Below, piece by piece: positions 24,493 through 37,419 of a stretch of DNA of 64,000 bases (the stretch's first letter is position 1; each line of letters begins with the position of its first letter). The stretch comes from Antedon mediterranea. Its lineage: Eukaryota; Animalia; Echinodermata. Under the pieces are notes generated by a model that ran no database searches, was not told the origin of the DNA, and saw only the letters and a program-made list of their open reading frames with translations. Position numbers and translations under genes: made by a program. The stretch lies in assembly GCF_964355755.1 (NCBI RefSeq), contig NC_092672.1, forward strand, positions 29,766,437 through 29,830,436. Direction: 5' to 3'.

Positions 24493-25295
24493 ACTACAGG
24501 ATGCAGTGTATATAACTTGTTATAGATCAAACTAATTATGCAACATAAACTTTTTTTTTATCTGCAATGCCAATCACATAGTAGTATATAAAAATGACAA
24601 CAAAATCGGAAACAATAGAATAGAATATCGGTACAAAATGTAATACTGGCCTAAGTTGTTCCATCGCATCCTTTGATGAGTTCATTAGAAAATCTGTTTT
24701 AAAAATCGTGTGAACGCAAGTAGTAATTCTTTGATCATGGCCATTAATCGCCATGTTCTTAATGTGTGATGAAGAATGCACATACATTGTTGCATTGACT
24801 TTTTATATATACACATTTTTGTTTCTGTTCTATGAGCTCTTAGATTAAGATTTGTTGTTTCTCTTTTGCTATGAATATATTGTGTCACCATGGTATTCCG
24901 AAATAAAAAGATGAATGAATGAATTTCGTTGCAACTGTTACGATAAAATCAAACTGTTTTCCAGAACTTTATTTATCAATCACGGTAATATGTATAATAT
25001 ATTTTTTTCTCAAAGAAAACAAGAGAACATATCAGTATATAATATAAAATATCGGTTCATCATGTACTATTTGACCATTTTATTGATTACAATAATATAG
25101 GCGCCAAAAGACTAAACGGGTGCTTGACAATGGGTACCTATCATTAAATGTAGGCCTACACACAGACACCTCCAGAGTGAGACACGTCTCCTTCTGGGAA
25201 AAGGGGAAACCCCTTTACTCTCAGGACCCCTTGACGACGCTTGTGAACAATGTTTCGTCAAGCGCACATTAACGTGTTCACCACAGGAAAGGTAA

Positions 25296-25414
25296 ATAAC
25301 AAGGCCAACAGCCATAAGTCGCGTGCTAAAACGCATAGTGATACCGGACCGACAGACAGACCGACCGACCGACCGACATAGTGAACTATAGAGTCGCGTC
25401 CACGTGACTAAAAA
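25296..25414 (-). mobile_element. Short DINE-1/HINE-like (Helentron-associated) element
   Basis: Minus strand: TTTTT-AGTCACGTGGACGCGACT palindrome, (GTCG/GTCT)n microsatellite, 3' sub-TIR CACGCGACT, short GGC..GCC hairpin, TTGTT end. Confidence 0.7.
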
Positions 25415-26664
25415 CACAGGAGAAACCCCGTTAGTTCACCGAAGGTCGTGATTGGTATAAAATAACAATCACGAACCACTTTTTAGAATTAAAATATATT
25501 TTAAGATTCTTAGGTATGTATGTTTGGTGATTCTTAGTATGTACTCAATTCTTTAATTTTAATTTTATAATGTTATAGAGAACATTCATTGTAGGCCTAT
25601 TTTTGGTCCGTGAATATAGATTTTTACATAACGGTCTATGAAACTATTGCCTGTTCAACTTATTTATTAAAAATCGTGAGTATAAGTAAAATTGTTCATA
25701 TTGGAACGTCTCTCTTTTTATTTGTCTAACTATTAGTTTCTTTAAGTTGTGTGTCTTTTCAATATGTGTTGGACATTCTTTTCCACATCTAACGTTTTGA
25801 TTTTGAAGATGTGGCAAGATAAGGGCGTTATAGATTTATTTTATTTATTTATTTTTTTGTGTAGAGAAAATGTAACATAATTTTGTTTGCATCATATCAT
25901 AACCGTCCCGAATTGTTATTTTGTCAACGGCGCTGGGTCCTGGTAGTACTGTATAACCAAGGTATGATGGAACATCACTGTGCACCGAACAGACTCGCTA
26001 CATGGTTTGCCTTACCATAGTTATAACTAAGTATCGATGATAAAAATGTCGATGGATTGAATTGAATTGATTTATTTTATAGATATTATTGTGATCAACT
26101 CATTAGTATTTATTATAATAAACTACGTCATCTCTGAAACAGTACATCTCCATTCTACATATAGGCTCGCACGTGCATTAAAAGCGTATAAAGTAAACCT
26201 AACATGACTCACACAGAAATTGGTCATAATACAACTTTCAGTGACAGTTTTTACGAGACGCGTCTCAAACAGTTTAATTATTTGCATATTAACAAATTGT
26301 GACGAAGATTTCAGATGTTTAGAATTGAATTAATAGATAAGATAAACAAAAATAACTCAACAGGTATAAAACTGTTTCATTACGAGTCGCCAGATAAAGA
26401 CATTACCATTCTCGTTAAAAGTCACTAGGCCTATATTTAATGAAATACCAAAACACAAATACATAACCATTAGCCAGTGCACCAATCTGTGAAATAAATA
26501 CAATTAGCAGACAAATTTGTTTCATTTCCTTTATTCAGAAAAAAAGAAACTAAAAAAAAAAAAATCCTCAAAATAATGTAAATGGATACTTATCTACAAT
26601 ATGGTGTAATTCTACTCAGTTCATTATTACAAAATAATAAAATGTATAAAAAATGTATATACCT

Positions 26665-26917
26665 TAAGCCTGGTTCTCACTAGAAACAACGCAACGACGT
26701 AAGATAAGGAAATACTCTTTCAATTTTGCATCCCCTCTCCCCCACCTCTTACGAGAAATTGGATTAACTGCCGTGATGAACGTAAAGCAGCAGAAAATGT
26801 GTTATAACGTCTACGGTACCGTGCTTACGTCATCGGTTGCCACTTATGACACGAAATCTTATATAATTATTGCGTCAATACTTTGAATATGTCGTTTCAT
26901 CTAGTTGGAACCAATCT
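26665..26917. mobile_element. Degenerate MITE (PIF/Harbinger-like)
   Basis: GCCTGGTTCTCACTAGAAACAAC ... GTCGTTTCATCTAGTTGGAACCA imperfect inverted ends. Confidence 0.4.
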
Positions 26918-26924
26918 TTCAAAC

Positions 26925-27425
26925 TACTAATAGTTTACTCCTACACTACTGAAGTCAATAATTGACAGGTTAGTATTGACGGTTTATTTATTTTAAATAC
27001 AAATACAGTACTAGTTTACTACTCTGAAGGTCCATTGTAAATTATTTATAGACAATAGTTTACTAATGGTATTTCAGATTAATATTGTAATCCATTACAT
27101 AACCATATGTCAAACTAAGGTTTATTTATTTCAAATACCATTATACTATTACTTTAACTACTCTGAAAGTTCATTGTACATTATTTATAGACCAATAGAA
27201 ATACTACTGGTATTTTTGATTAACATTGTAATCCATTACATAACCATATGTTAAACTAAGGTTTATTTATTTCAAATACAATTATAGTATACATTAACTA
27301 CTCTGAAAGTTCATTGAAATGAAATACTACTGGTATTTCAGATTAATACAGGAATTCATTACTTAACATAAATGTTAAACTAATGGTTTATTTATTTAAA
27401 AAAATTAACTTTACTACTGAAAGTT
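26925..27425. repeat. Degenerate tandem repeat (about 120-140 bp units)
   Basis: Repeated GGTTTATTTATTT.AAATAC, CTACTCTGAAAGTTCATTG and GTAATCCATTACATAACCATATGT blocks. Confidence 0.75.
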
Positions 27426-27833
27426 CTTCTGTTCACATATTATTATTAGTCTAATACTATCAGTGTTCTAATCCAAGTAAACATCAAGAGTAAATACAAG
27501 AGGACTTCAATACTATTTGTGTACCATCACCACCTCTATGCAAATGAGTAAATTAATAGTAAATGCGATTATAATGCATTGAAAACAGTTCATTAATTTC
27601 TAACTAACACTTTGTACAATATTGAAACAAAAAATCATCAAATCACATTTGCAGTAGGCTCTACTTAAAAAACACCATTTGGTGACACTTTTCTTATTAA
27701 AAGAAAAAATTGTTTGTGAAATCCATTTTGCACACATTGAGATGACAGAACGTTTGAGCTGGAGAGGAATAATCAATTAACCCAGTAGATTACAGTCAAT
27801 GTTATTTACATCTATCAGTGATACTGTGTGTCT

Positions 27834-30708
27834 TTATGCCAAAAAAGTTACTCCTCTATTTGAACAGTCTCTCTTTATTTCACTAATTACCCCATCTGAT
27901 AAATAGCATTCATGCATGTTAAGCAACCTTAGTTTAGGTAACATATTTAATAAAGAACGCAGTAAAGTAACATCAATGTCACTAAGATTATTACAACTGA
28001 TATTGAAGTGACCTAATTTCAACTTAACTCCATTATCAGAACACTCTCTACTCATAGCATTCAGTATAGTACCTGATAGATTACAATTATGCATTTCAAG
28101 TGTAAGCGCATCATCATCACCACCATAATCATCATCATCATCATAATCATCATCATCATTATCAATCATACTAAATAGATAACACAGTGATGTACCATCA
28201 ATGTCACTAAGATTATTACCACTGATATTGAAGTGATATAATTGCAACTTAACTCCTTTATTAGAACATTCTCTACTCATAGCATTCATTACAGCACCTG
28301 ATAGATTACAATCATGCATGTCAAGTGTACCCAGCCTAGTCATCATACTCAATAGATAACACAGTAATGCACCATCAATGTCACTAAGATTATTACCACT
28401 GATATTGAAGTGATCATTTAATGTCAACTTAGTTCCTTTATCAGAACACTCTCTACTCACAGCATTCATTACAGCACCTGATAGATTACAATCATGCATG
28501 TCAAGTGTACCCTGCAAAGGCATCATACTCAATAGATAACACAGTGATGTACCATCAATGTCACTAAGATTATTACCACTGATATTGAAGTGATTTAATC
28601 TCCACTTAACTCCATTATTAGAACACTCTCTACTCATAGCATTCATTACAGCACCTGATAGATTACAATCATGCATGTCAAGTGTAATATACAAAGTCAT
28701 ACTCAATAGATAACACAGTGATGTACCATCAATGTCACTAAGATCATTACCACTGATATTGACATCATGTAAACAAAACTTAACTCCTTTATCAGAACAC
28801 TCTCTACTCATAGCATTCATTACAGCACCTGATAGATTACAATCATGCATGTCAAGTGTACGCGGCCTAATCATATTCAATAGATTACACAGTAATGCAC
28901 CATCAATGTCACTAAGATTATTACCACTGATATTGATGTGATCTGATGTCCACTCAACTCCATTATAAGAACACTCTCTAATCATAGCATTCATTACAGC
29001 ACCTGATAGATTACAATCATGAAAGTCAAATCTAAGGTTTATACACTGACCAAACGTTGAAATACATAGAATGTGTGTAAGAACCTTTCCTTTAGAATCA
29101 AATGATATTGTATTTAAAAAACTCCGAAAATTGTTAGTCAACGATATTTTATGAAATTCCCTCAGAATATTTATAAAATTTTTATCAACGTTTTCATCTT
29201 TGCTTACATGCTGAATGAACATTCTTAATGTATTTGAAATATCTTCCAAATGTTCTTTTATTTCTAAATTTGTATTCAATATGTGATTAAGCAATGTTTG
29301 TTCAACATTATCCATATGATGTTTTTTCACTAATGCTAAGTTATCATCAAAAGATCGATATGCTGCCAAATCATTTGTAATCCAATGATTTAAGAATGTT
29401 CCAGCATCAGCTCCAAGGAACCCAATGGCAAATTCTCTTGTTATTATGAAATACCAACTTCCTCGTATTTCTTTCCATTCCTTTTCATCTAATGGCGCAA
29501 GTAATGGGTTTTCCATAGATTCACTCTCACATAGTTTGTATAAATAAAATCCCACCAACGACTCAACTATCAATTTGTGTGGAGGCATATAATTCTCTTC
29601 AAAGCTAGACTTTGAAATTGGTGCATCTTTATAAACAAACCCAAGTTTCAGGGCAATATCAATCGTATTTTTGTCACCTGTAAGGCTTTTCTTGTTTATC
29701 GAAAGTTGATTTCTTTTTAAGTTACGATACATGCATTTTCCTAAACAAATCATAGCATTTACATACTCCTCTGGAGCATCATCAAATTTTGAAATCAAAT
29801 GGTGTTGTTGTTGTTTTTTATTGAACTGATTTAAAATACTTCGAAATAGTTCTTTAAAAAGATCAGATTTATCGAGAGGAAGATTTTGGTTGTCCTCCCA
29901 CATTATACAAATTGTGACAAGTAACATTGGATTTGTGGACATATCGCGTAATTCATGATGTTTTCTATATTCAATGTAGAGCTCATTAATTAGTGATTTT
30001 CCCAGGGCAGGTTTACCAAAATGCTTAAAATGCTTGTCAATATACTTTCTAATGTTTCTTTCCGTGAATCCTTTTACTCTTACGTGTACATTACACTCAT
30101 TAATGAATGCACTTATGTTCTCTGTTCGCGAGGTCAGTATCACTACACTATTCTTTAATGTTTGCCCTCTGAATAGACAAATAAATTCTTCATTCTGAAA
30201 TCGTAATTCATCGAATCCATCTAGCAACAATACAATGTTGCTATCATGTTTTAATATGAATTTTTTGATTACTTTGGAATCTTCTCCAAGATCAGTTTCC
30301 AGGTCAAATTCTTTCATATTAGTTTATCTACCATAAGATCAAAGATTCCCTTCCCTTCCTCTAAATCTCTTATATTTAACAGAAATACAATTTTACCTTC
30401 AAATACATCAAATGATTTATCTGTACCTGCATTGTATGCTATGTGCCTTAATAGTGTAGTTTTACCTATACCACCTTCACCGTCTATAAGGACTTTGCAC
30501 GCATGTGTGGATTTGATGGTAGCTAACACATCTTTTAATGTTGTTGACTCACTCTTTTTTGTGTTTTTATTTCTCTTGAGTAGGTCCAACTCTGTGAATA
30601 GTTCAGAAATATCGACTTGGTAGGATTCATTCCATGTTGCTGGTGTAAACGTCTTGGCATTTTGCAGAAATGTCTGCTGTTTACTTAGTAGATATACTTT
30701 TATCTTTT
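27834..30708 (-). pseudogene. NLR-like gene, last exon: NACHT NTPase, helical domains, LRRs (frameshift at about 30314-30319)
   Basis: Acceptor CTTTCATTTTATCCAACAG at 30709-30710 (phase 1). Walker A GEGGIGKTT in ORF 30314-30799; Walker B LLLDGFDEL, ILTSR, GF....I.KY, NPMLL and PHKLIVE in ORF 27834-30317; then about 6.5 double-LRR repeats. Pseudogene, null allele or sequence error cannot be distinguished here. Confidence 0.88.
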
Positions 30709-31491
30709 CTGTTGGATAAAATGAAAGGTAAATAAAATAGGTGACACAACAAATGACATAATAAATGATGACGACGACGACAATGATGACGGAACACATT
30801 AATTGTGCTTACGCCATAAACATACACGCGTGTGTTTCTTACTGTATATTGAAATTAAAATTAATATTTTGCCTTGAGAACGAAAACAATAGTAAAATAA
30901 ATCATGAAATAAAAGTTTTGTTTTCCTGAAGCTAAATTTATTGCAGTGGAAAGGTTATTAGTGTTTCTTTTTTTAAGAAGACGTGTAAAATACATTAATG
31001 GTCAGGAAATTATAATCAGTCTTGTACAAGTCACAATAAAAATAACTTTTTTCTCAAAATGCGAGATTTGATATCCTTAACTATAAAATCCAAATGTATC
31101 CGAAAAAAAGGTTCCTGTTTTAGGATACTGTATACTGCAACAAATTATAAAAACTCTCTGGCATTTGTTGACAGGTATCACAATTTAAGGTCTATGTCAT
31201 CTGAATATGTACAGATAAGGGTTTACGAAACACAAGGCCATTCTGTGGTTCATTTTAAGGCCAACCTGTGGTTCGAGGGCGCTAGACATGTCGGTCAGCT
31301 GTGGTTCCAGGGCGCTAGACATAACTTTTCTTCAGCTTTTTTCACATAATTTTATTTTACCTGAAACATTAAAAGTTATAACACTTTACCTACTAATTTT
31401 TCCAAAATATTTTGGTATGAATAAATGTGCGAATGATAATTAATGTCTGTGAAGTACCTAGCTTTACGAACGTTATAACACTTTACCTACT

Positions 31492-34400
31492 TAATTCAAT
31501 TCAATTCAATTCAATTCAAGGAACATTTATTCACGTCCAAAAGACAAAAGTAACAAAAACAAAATGGCAAGTGATAAAACAAGAAAATGGACGAAGGCAA
31601 ATCCCAAAAAGATTACAATCTTGTGACGGGATTGCCTTTACAAAATATTTAAATTAAGAGAAGAAAAAAAAAAAAAAAAAAAAATAAAGAAAATAAATTA
31701 AACAATAAAGAAATACAAAATATATATAAAACCAGTAGATAAAAGTTGGAATAAAAAATAAAAAAAGAACAGAAAAAAGTACAGCTGCATGGCATATAGC
31801 GAATAAGATAGCAAGTCACGGAACATGGAAACAACGACCATATCAAACAGATCGATCAGTAATGAGACAAAAGGTAATTTTTTATGTTATTATTGAATGA
31901 ATAGCGGTTAGCAGCACAGGAAATTCAGGGGGGTAAATTGTTAAACAATAGAGGTCCAGCATATCTAATGCTATGTTGAAAATAATTGGTGTTATGGTTA
32001 GGGATATATATGTTATTTCTTGTTCTAGTATAATATTTATGAACGGTATTATTAGGAGCGAAAAGGTCGTTTAGATGGCAAGGGAGAAGTGAGTGAGTGG
32101 CCAAAAAAACAAAGACACCTTGCTGGGATAGGTTAATGTCCGAGAGTTTGAGAAGATTGAGTTTGGAGAATAAGTGGGAGGAATGTGACAGTGGATGAGC
32201 GCCAGATATAGTCCTGATAGCTTTTTTTTGTAGGATAGAGAGTTTAATGATGTTTGAAGGGTAAGTGTTGGCCCAGACAATGTTACCATAGCTCAAATAA
32301 GGAAGGATGAGTGTGCAATAAAGGGTCCTGAGAATATTAGTTGGGAGGAAGGAAGAAAGCCTAGAAATGATCCCAAGGTTCTTAGACACTTTGTTCTCAA
32401 TTTCTTGGATATGGGGTTTCCATGAGAGAGAGTTGTCGATGATAATGCCAAGAAATTTATTATACTTAACAGAGGGGATTTCTTGATTATCAATAACGAC
32501 TTTAAGTGGGGACACATCAATACCTCTAGTCAACTGCGGGGTTCCGAATAGGATGTAACTACATTTATTATGATTGAGGGAGAGTTTGTTGGCAATAAAG
32601 TACTGGGACAAGGGGATAACGTTGGTATTAAAAGTGTCAAAAAGAGTTTAGATATTTTTGTTGGCATGAAAAACTGTAGTGTCATCAGCATATAGAAAAC
32701 AATTTAGCAGGTTTGAGGTTCGGTGGATATCATTAATGTAAAAGGTGAACAGAAGCGGGCCAAGTAAGGAGCCCTGGGGAACGCCACAGGTGATAGGGCA
32801 AAAATTAGAAATAGAGTTAAAATATTTAGTACATTGGGAGCGGTTAGTGAGATAGCTTTTGAAAACGTTTAAGGCGGGTCCTCGGATTCCATAGTGAGAC
32901 AATTTAAAAAGAAGAATATTATGATCAATGGTGTCGAAAGCCTTGGAAAGGTCGATGAAAAGTCCGATTCCAAATTGACGATTTTCGAATGCATGAATAA
33001 TTTTGTTAGTGAGGTCGATCAAAGCCATGGAGGTGTTATGTCCTTTTCTAAAGCCATATTGTCTCTTGAAGAGGATGTTATGTTTGCTGATAAATGAAAA
33101 TGTTCTATCATAGATAATTCTTTCCAAGGCTTTCGAAAAGATTGACAGGATGGAGATAGGACGATAGTTAGAAATGTTGGATTTGGGGCCAGATTTGTAA
33201 ACAGGGGTAACGCGCGCCAGCTTCAACCTGTTCGGAAAAACACCTTTGCAGAGGACAAGATTAAAAATGTGACACAAGGGAAGGGAGATAAGGTTGATAA
33301 CATGTTTAATGGCTTTAGTATGGAAATCATCAGTACCAGGAGCTTTATTGTTATCGAAGGAGGAGATAATTCTTATGATATCCTCTTCTAGGACGGTGGT
33401 TAAGAACATTGATTTCGGATTTGGTTGAGGAAGAAATTCTTTGAAAGAAACATTGCTGGGAGGGATTTTGTTAGCAAGGGAGGGATTTTGTTAGCAAGGG
33501 AGGGTCCGATTTCGACAAAAAAATCATTAAATGCTTTAGAAATAATGACGGGGTCTTTAGTTGGTACTCCGTTACAGTTGACAGGGGTATTGCTTTTGTG
33601 TTGGTTTCGGTTTTTATGGTTCAATAAAGAGTTAATTGATTTCCAGGTTGCCTTAATATCATTTTTTTGCTTGGTGAAAATATCATGAAAGTGGATTCTT
33701 TTGGCAATTTTGATAGTGGAGTTAAGTTTATTACGATATCGTTTATATTTGATTTCATTGGCAGGAGAAGGGCGGTGAAGAAATTTTGCATAGAGTTTAT
33801 GTTTATACTTTATTGATTTTAGCAGTCCATTTGACATCCAAGATTTAATTTTTTTGTTCTTGTTTGTATTGTTCCTTTTCAGTAACGGGAAGTGTTGGTC
33901 ATAAAGGGCTTTAAGTGTGTTATCAAAGAGGTCATAAGCAAAGTCAGGATCATTAGAATTAAGGATATCAAACCAAGTTTGATTAGAGACATCATGGTAA
34001 AAGTTGTTAAGAGACGTATTGTTAATCTGTCTGAGAGATGGGATCTCTTCATTGTTTGAGCTAGTGGCAAAACTATCAGAGAGGTTTGAAATATTAAAAA
34101 CAGGGAGATGATCAGAGATATCACTATATAGCAGACCACTTATATGAGAACAATCAAATTGATTTGTAATAATATTATCTAATAATGAGGCTGTGGAATT
34201 TGTTATTCTGGATGGTCTGTCGATAAGTGGAAGATAGTGATTGCTAAACAGTGTGTTAATGAATTTTATTTTCTTTTGTTAAATTGGAAAGGTCAATGTC
34301 AGGTTCAATTAAAAATTGATTTGGGTCAGAGGAGGGGGGTCTATATACAGTACCCACAATAATGTTTTTGTGATGAGGCCGTTTAATTTCAATAAAGATG

Positions 34401-34900
34401 GATTCGCAGTTGGAAGAGTGTGGGTGTAGGTCACTTCTAATGGAGAATTGTAGAGAATCAAGGATATACATGGCGACTCCTCCACCGTCTTTATGGGTTC
34501 TGTGGTTAGAGACAAAATTATAATTTGGGAGTTGGACCAAAGGATTATCGTACTTGAGCCAAGTTTCACTTACTCCAATAATATCGAAAGGCAGATTAAT
34601 GGATGATAGGAGTTGTTTAATTTCATCAATGTGCTTGAGGATGCTTCTAGAGTTGAAATGAATAGTGGAGAAGCAATCAGAAAGTGAGTCAACAGGAAAT
34701 TCATTAGGATCATAATATTGAGAGGGACTGTGGTTGCTGTTGGTGAAAAAATTAGAGTCGGGATCAATGTTAGATGTAGAATTACCAAGGTTCCTGTTAA
34801 TGTTACGGTTGTCTGAATAGCTGGGCAAGGGGAAGAAGTTTATGTTTGATAATCGGTCGTGGTACGATGTTCCGTCATCTGCGTTAAGGTTGTACATCAA
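31492..34900 (-). mobile_element. CR1/L2-group LINE (ORF2, multiply frameshifted) in the last NLR intron
   Basis: APE (HFNSRSI, GVSETWL, YRPP) in 34256-34960; RT (NYRPIS, DLSKAFD, GVPQGS, YADD) in 32648-33409; C-terminus in 31925-32611. AATAAA plus (TTGAA)n tail at 31492-31531. Confidence 0.92.
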
Positions 34901-35592
34901 GTAAAAATGAAAATATAAAAAGAGAAATCTGTTCAGTGAATTTAAAAGGACATAAGACAAAATGAACCCTGTTTGTCCTCCGACATTATACCGATCATGA
35001 GCGAATCAGTAGGCATATGCCTAATATTTTTGTTTATTTTCTCCCCCTTTGTTAAAGAAGTATGTACTCAATATCATTTCTTTAGTTTTATTTTTAACAG
35101 AGTATTTGGGATTTTAATGTATTGGTTTTATAGAGCGTGTTCCAAATATTTGCTCCGTGAATGAATATGGATCTATGACTTATTGCAAGTCTGGAGAATG
35201 GTATGCACATTTTCGTTGAATTTCTAAGAGTTATTTTGCGCGTTCACTTTTTTTACTTTGATCAAGGATTTCGCACAAGGGAGGGGGTAATTGTCGAAGA
35301 TCACATTGAGTCATGAAACATATTGCTTGTAACTTATTTAAATCAACATTGTGAGTAGGTTAAATTATTTAAATAAGGGACGTGATCTAGATGAGTTCGT
35401 TATTATTCTAACTATTAATTTTTGTAATGTAGTTTCTCAATATGTGTTGGATATTCATTTCCCCATACAATTAGTTAACAGACAAGTTTAAAGTTATACC
35501 AGTTAAAAATGTCTTACATGATTGTTTAGAATTGTATAAGTATAGTCAACAAGATCCCATGAATAAATACTAGGTTAATATTTGTTTTTTAC

Positions 35593-35652
35593 CTTCTGGT
35601 TGACGTTTGGAAGCAGATACTACACATTTGTCATCATCACCCTCCCTATTTC
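35593..35652 (-). CDS. NLR-like gene, 60-bp phase 1-1 microexon (GNREGDDDKCVVSASKRQPE)
   Basis: TTTATTTTTTAAG acceptor and AG|GTAAAA donor; open in the frame linking DED and NACHT; paralogous to 36499-36558. Confidence 0.75.
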
Positions 35653-36498
35653 CTTAAAAAATAAAATAAAACCTTTATCATAATATTTGTAAATGTTTAC
35701 ACAATTGACAAATAATTAATATAGATGGTTTGAAAATTGAAAAGAAGATTGAATAAATTGTTAGAGATAGAGTATACGATGTTATGATTATGTGTAGATA
35801 TGTGATTTGTTCTTTTTATTCAAATGATGTTATGTATTTAATAAATTTGATATATCAATTAATTAAATTATCGTACATTGCATAGGCATATTATGCGATA
35901 AATATTATTTAATAAATTTTTTTGATATATTATTATTATTATAATATTAATAAAAAGATATTTGTTAGTATAAATTTAAAAATATAGATATAAAGAAGAA
36001 AAGCAAAGAGATTATGGAGCGGCTGTACCAGAATATACAACACTAAGTATTGTAAAGTTAATATATTACAAATTTAGGCGATCTTGTCAAAGGTCTAAAC
36101 TTTCCATTATTTAAAAGTCGAAGATAGCCAGGTCTCGGGGCCATTCTATTGTCACCACAGATTGATATCTTCATTAGTACTTCTATGAATGGATGATTAG
36201 GTGGGAACACGAACGCTAGTTGATCATACCCAGTACCGTTTTGATCATACGATTAATCGGGAAACCACCTCACGACGTTGTAGTTCGTAATTCAAGTCAA
36301 GTCAAGGTTTGAAAATTAAAATTAAATAATTATAGTTTTCTATGCACCACTGCGGGCTCGTTAATTTCTAAGATGTACAATTTTGTCGAAGAACATTGTA
36401 AAATACATCTTCTTTTTTTTCTTATAAACGTTGAAATGGATATTTGCTAAAAAAATCAAAATGTTTTAACATTCATATAAATATCGGTTCACCTTTAC

Positions 36499-36558
36499 CT
36501 TCTGGTCGTCTGTTAGAACCTGATGCTTTACTATCGTCATATTCATCTTTCCTACGTT
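36499..36558 (-). CDS. NLR-like gene, 60-bp phase 1-1 microexon (ERRKDEYDDSKASGSNRRPE)
   Basis: TTTTTTATAG acceptor and AG|GTAAAG donor; frame compatible with the flanking exons. Confidence 0.75.
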
Positions 36559-36737
36559 CTATAAAAAATGTTTAAAAACAAATTATAATATAACACATAC
36601 GAGTAAATCTGCTTTTAAAATACAACTTAAAAACAATATATCTATTTTCCAAATTAATGTAAAAAACTGTTAGTTGTGATGGTTTGAGGATTATAATTTA
36701 TAAAGTAAAAACAAAATAAATATCACATGTTGTATAC

Positions 36738-37284
36738 CTTCGTGACTTCCACTGCGTTGAGGTACATTACTATGATGCACAATTTGTCGAAGATCATCAA
36801 ATACATCTTTCTTGTCTTGTTGTTTCGATAAACATTGGCCAGTTTCCAATTTGAATGTTACATCCCAAATGTTGGTGTCTTCGTACATTGCCAGATTATA
36901 ATGAGAGATAACCCTCTTTAACGCATCTGGTCCAACATTTCGCAAATCTTTAAACATTTGTTTTCTTTCTGATGATATTTTTTCTTCACCGGTATTTTCA
37001 ATATTATTGTCTCTAATATACTGGACTACACAATCTTCAGCTTTCTTTAATTGACATAATTTGGAAATATCTAATAATAGGTTAACATTATTAGGTGCGA
37101 TAACGCCAGTGTCTTCGAGATGATTAAATAGATCATTTCCAATGGCATTTGGTTCTGTAAGGTCTCCGATAGGTATGTGGTCGAATAAGATAAACTTCAA
37201 CCAACGCAACCTATTACCGCAAAAGAATGTGCTGAGATCAGACTTCAATTTAGTGAACTCTGGATTAGTTTCAGACGCTGCCAT
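36738..37284 (-). CDS. NLR-like gene, first coding exon: tandem death-effector-like (DED) domains
   Basis: FTKLKSDLS...LRWLKFILFDHIP...DLFNHLEDTGVIAPNNVNLLLDI matches the DED pattern; a second weaker unit starts ISSERKQMF...IWDVTFKLE. Acceptor TATTTTGCAG at 37303-37304 upstream of the ATG; donor AG|GTATAC at 36737. Confidence 0.75.
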
Positions 37285-37419
37285 TTAAGCACTTTCTGGT
37301 TCCTGCAAAATAGAGTGAGTTTTTTAAATAACATTACATAAGTCATTTTTATCTTCATTATTTAGTTTAAAATTGCCGAGTCCACCCACTTTTCAAAAGG
37401 AAAGATAAGTGTGACGTCA

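Noticed and set aside
30709-30799. Hydrophobic N-terminus (transmembrane or signal peptide) on the NACHT ORF
   Set aside because: It lies upstream of a good splice acceptor at 30709-30710 and is translated intron with a GTC/ATC microsatellite.
36691-36737. Hydrophobic C-terminal tail on the DED ORF
   Set aside because: It follows the AG|GTATAC donor and is most simply intron read-through.
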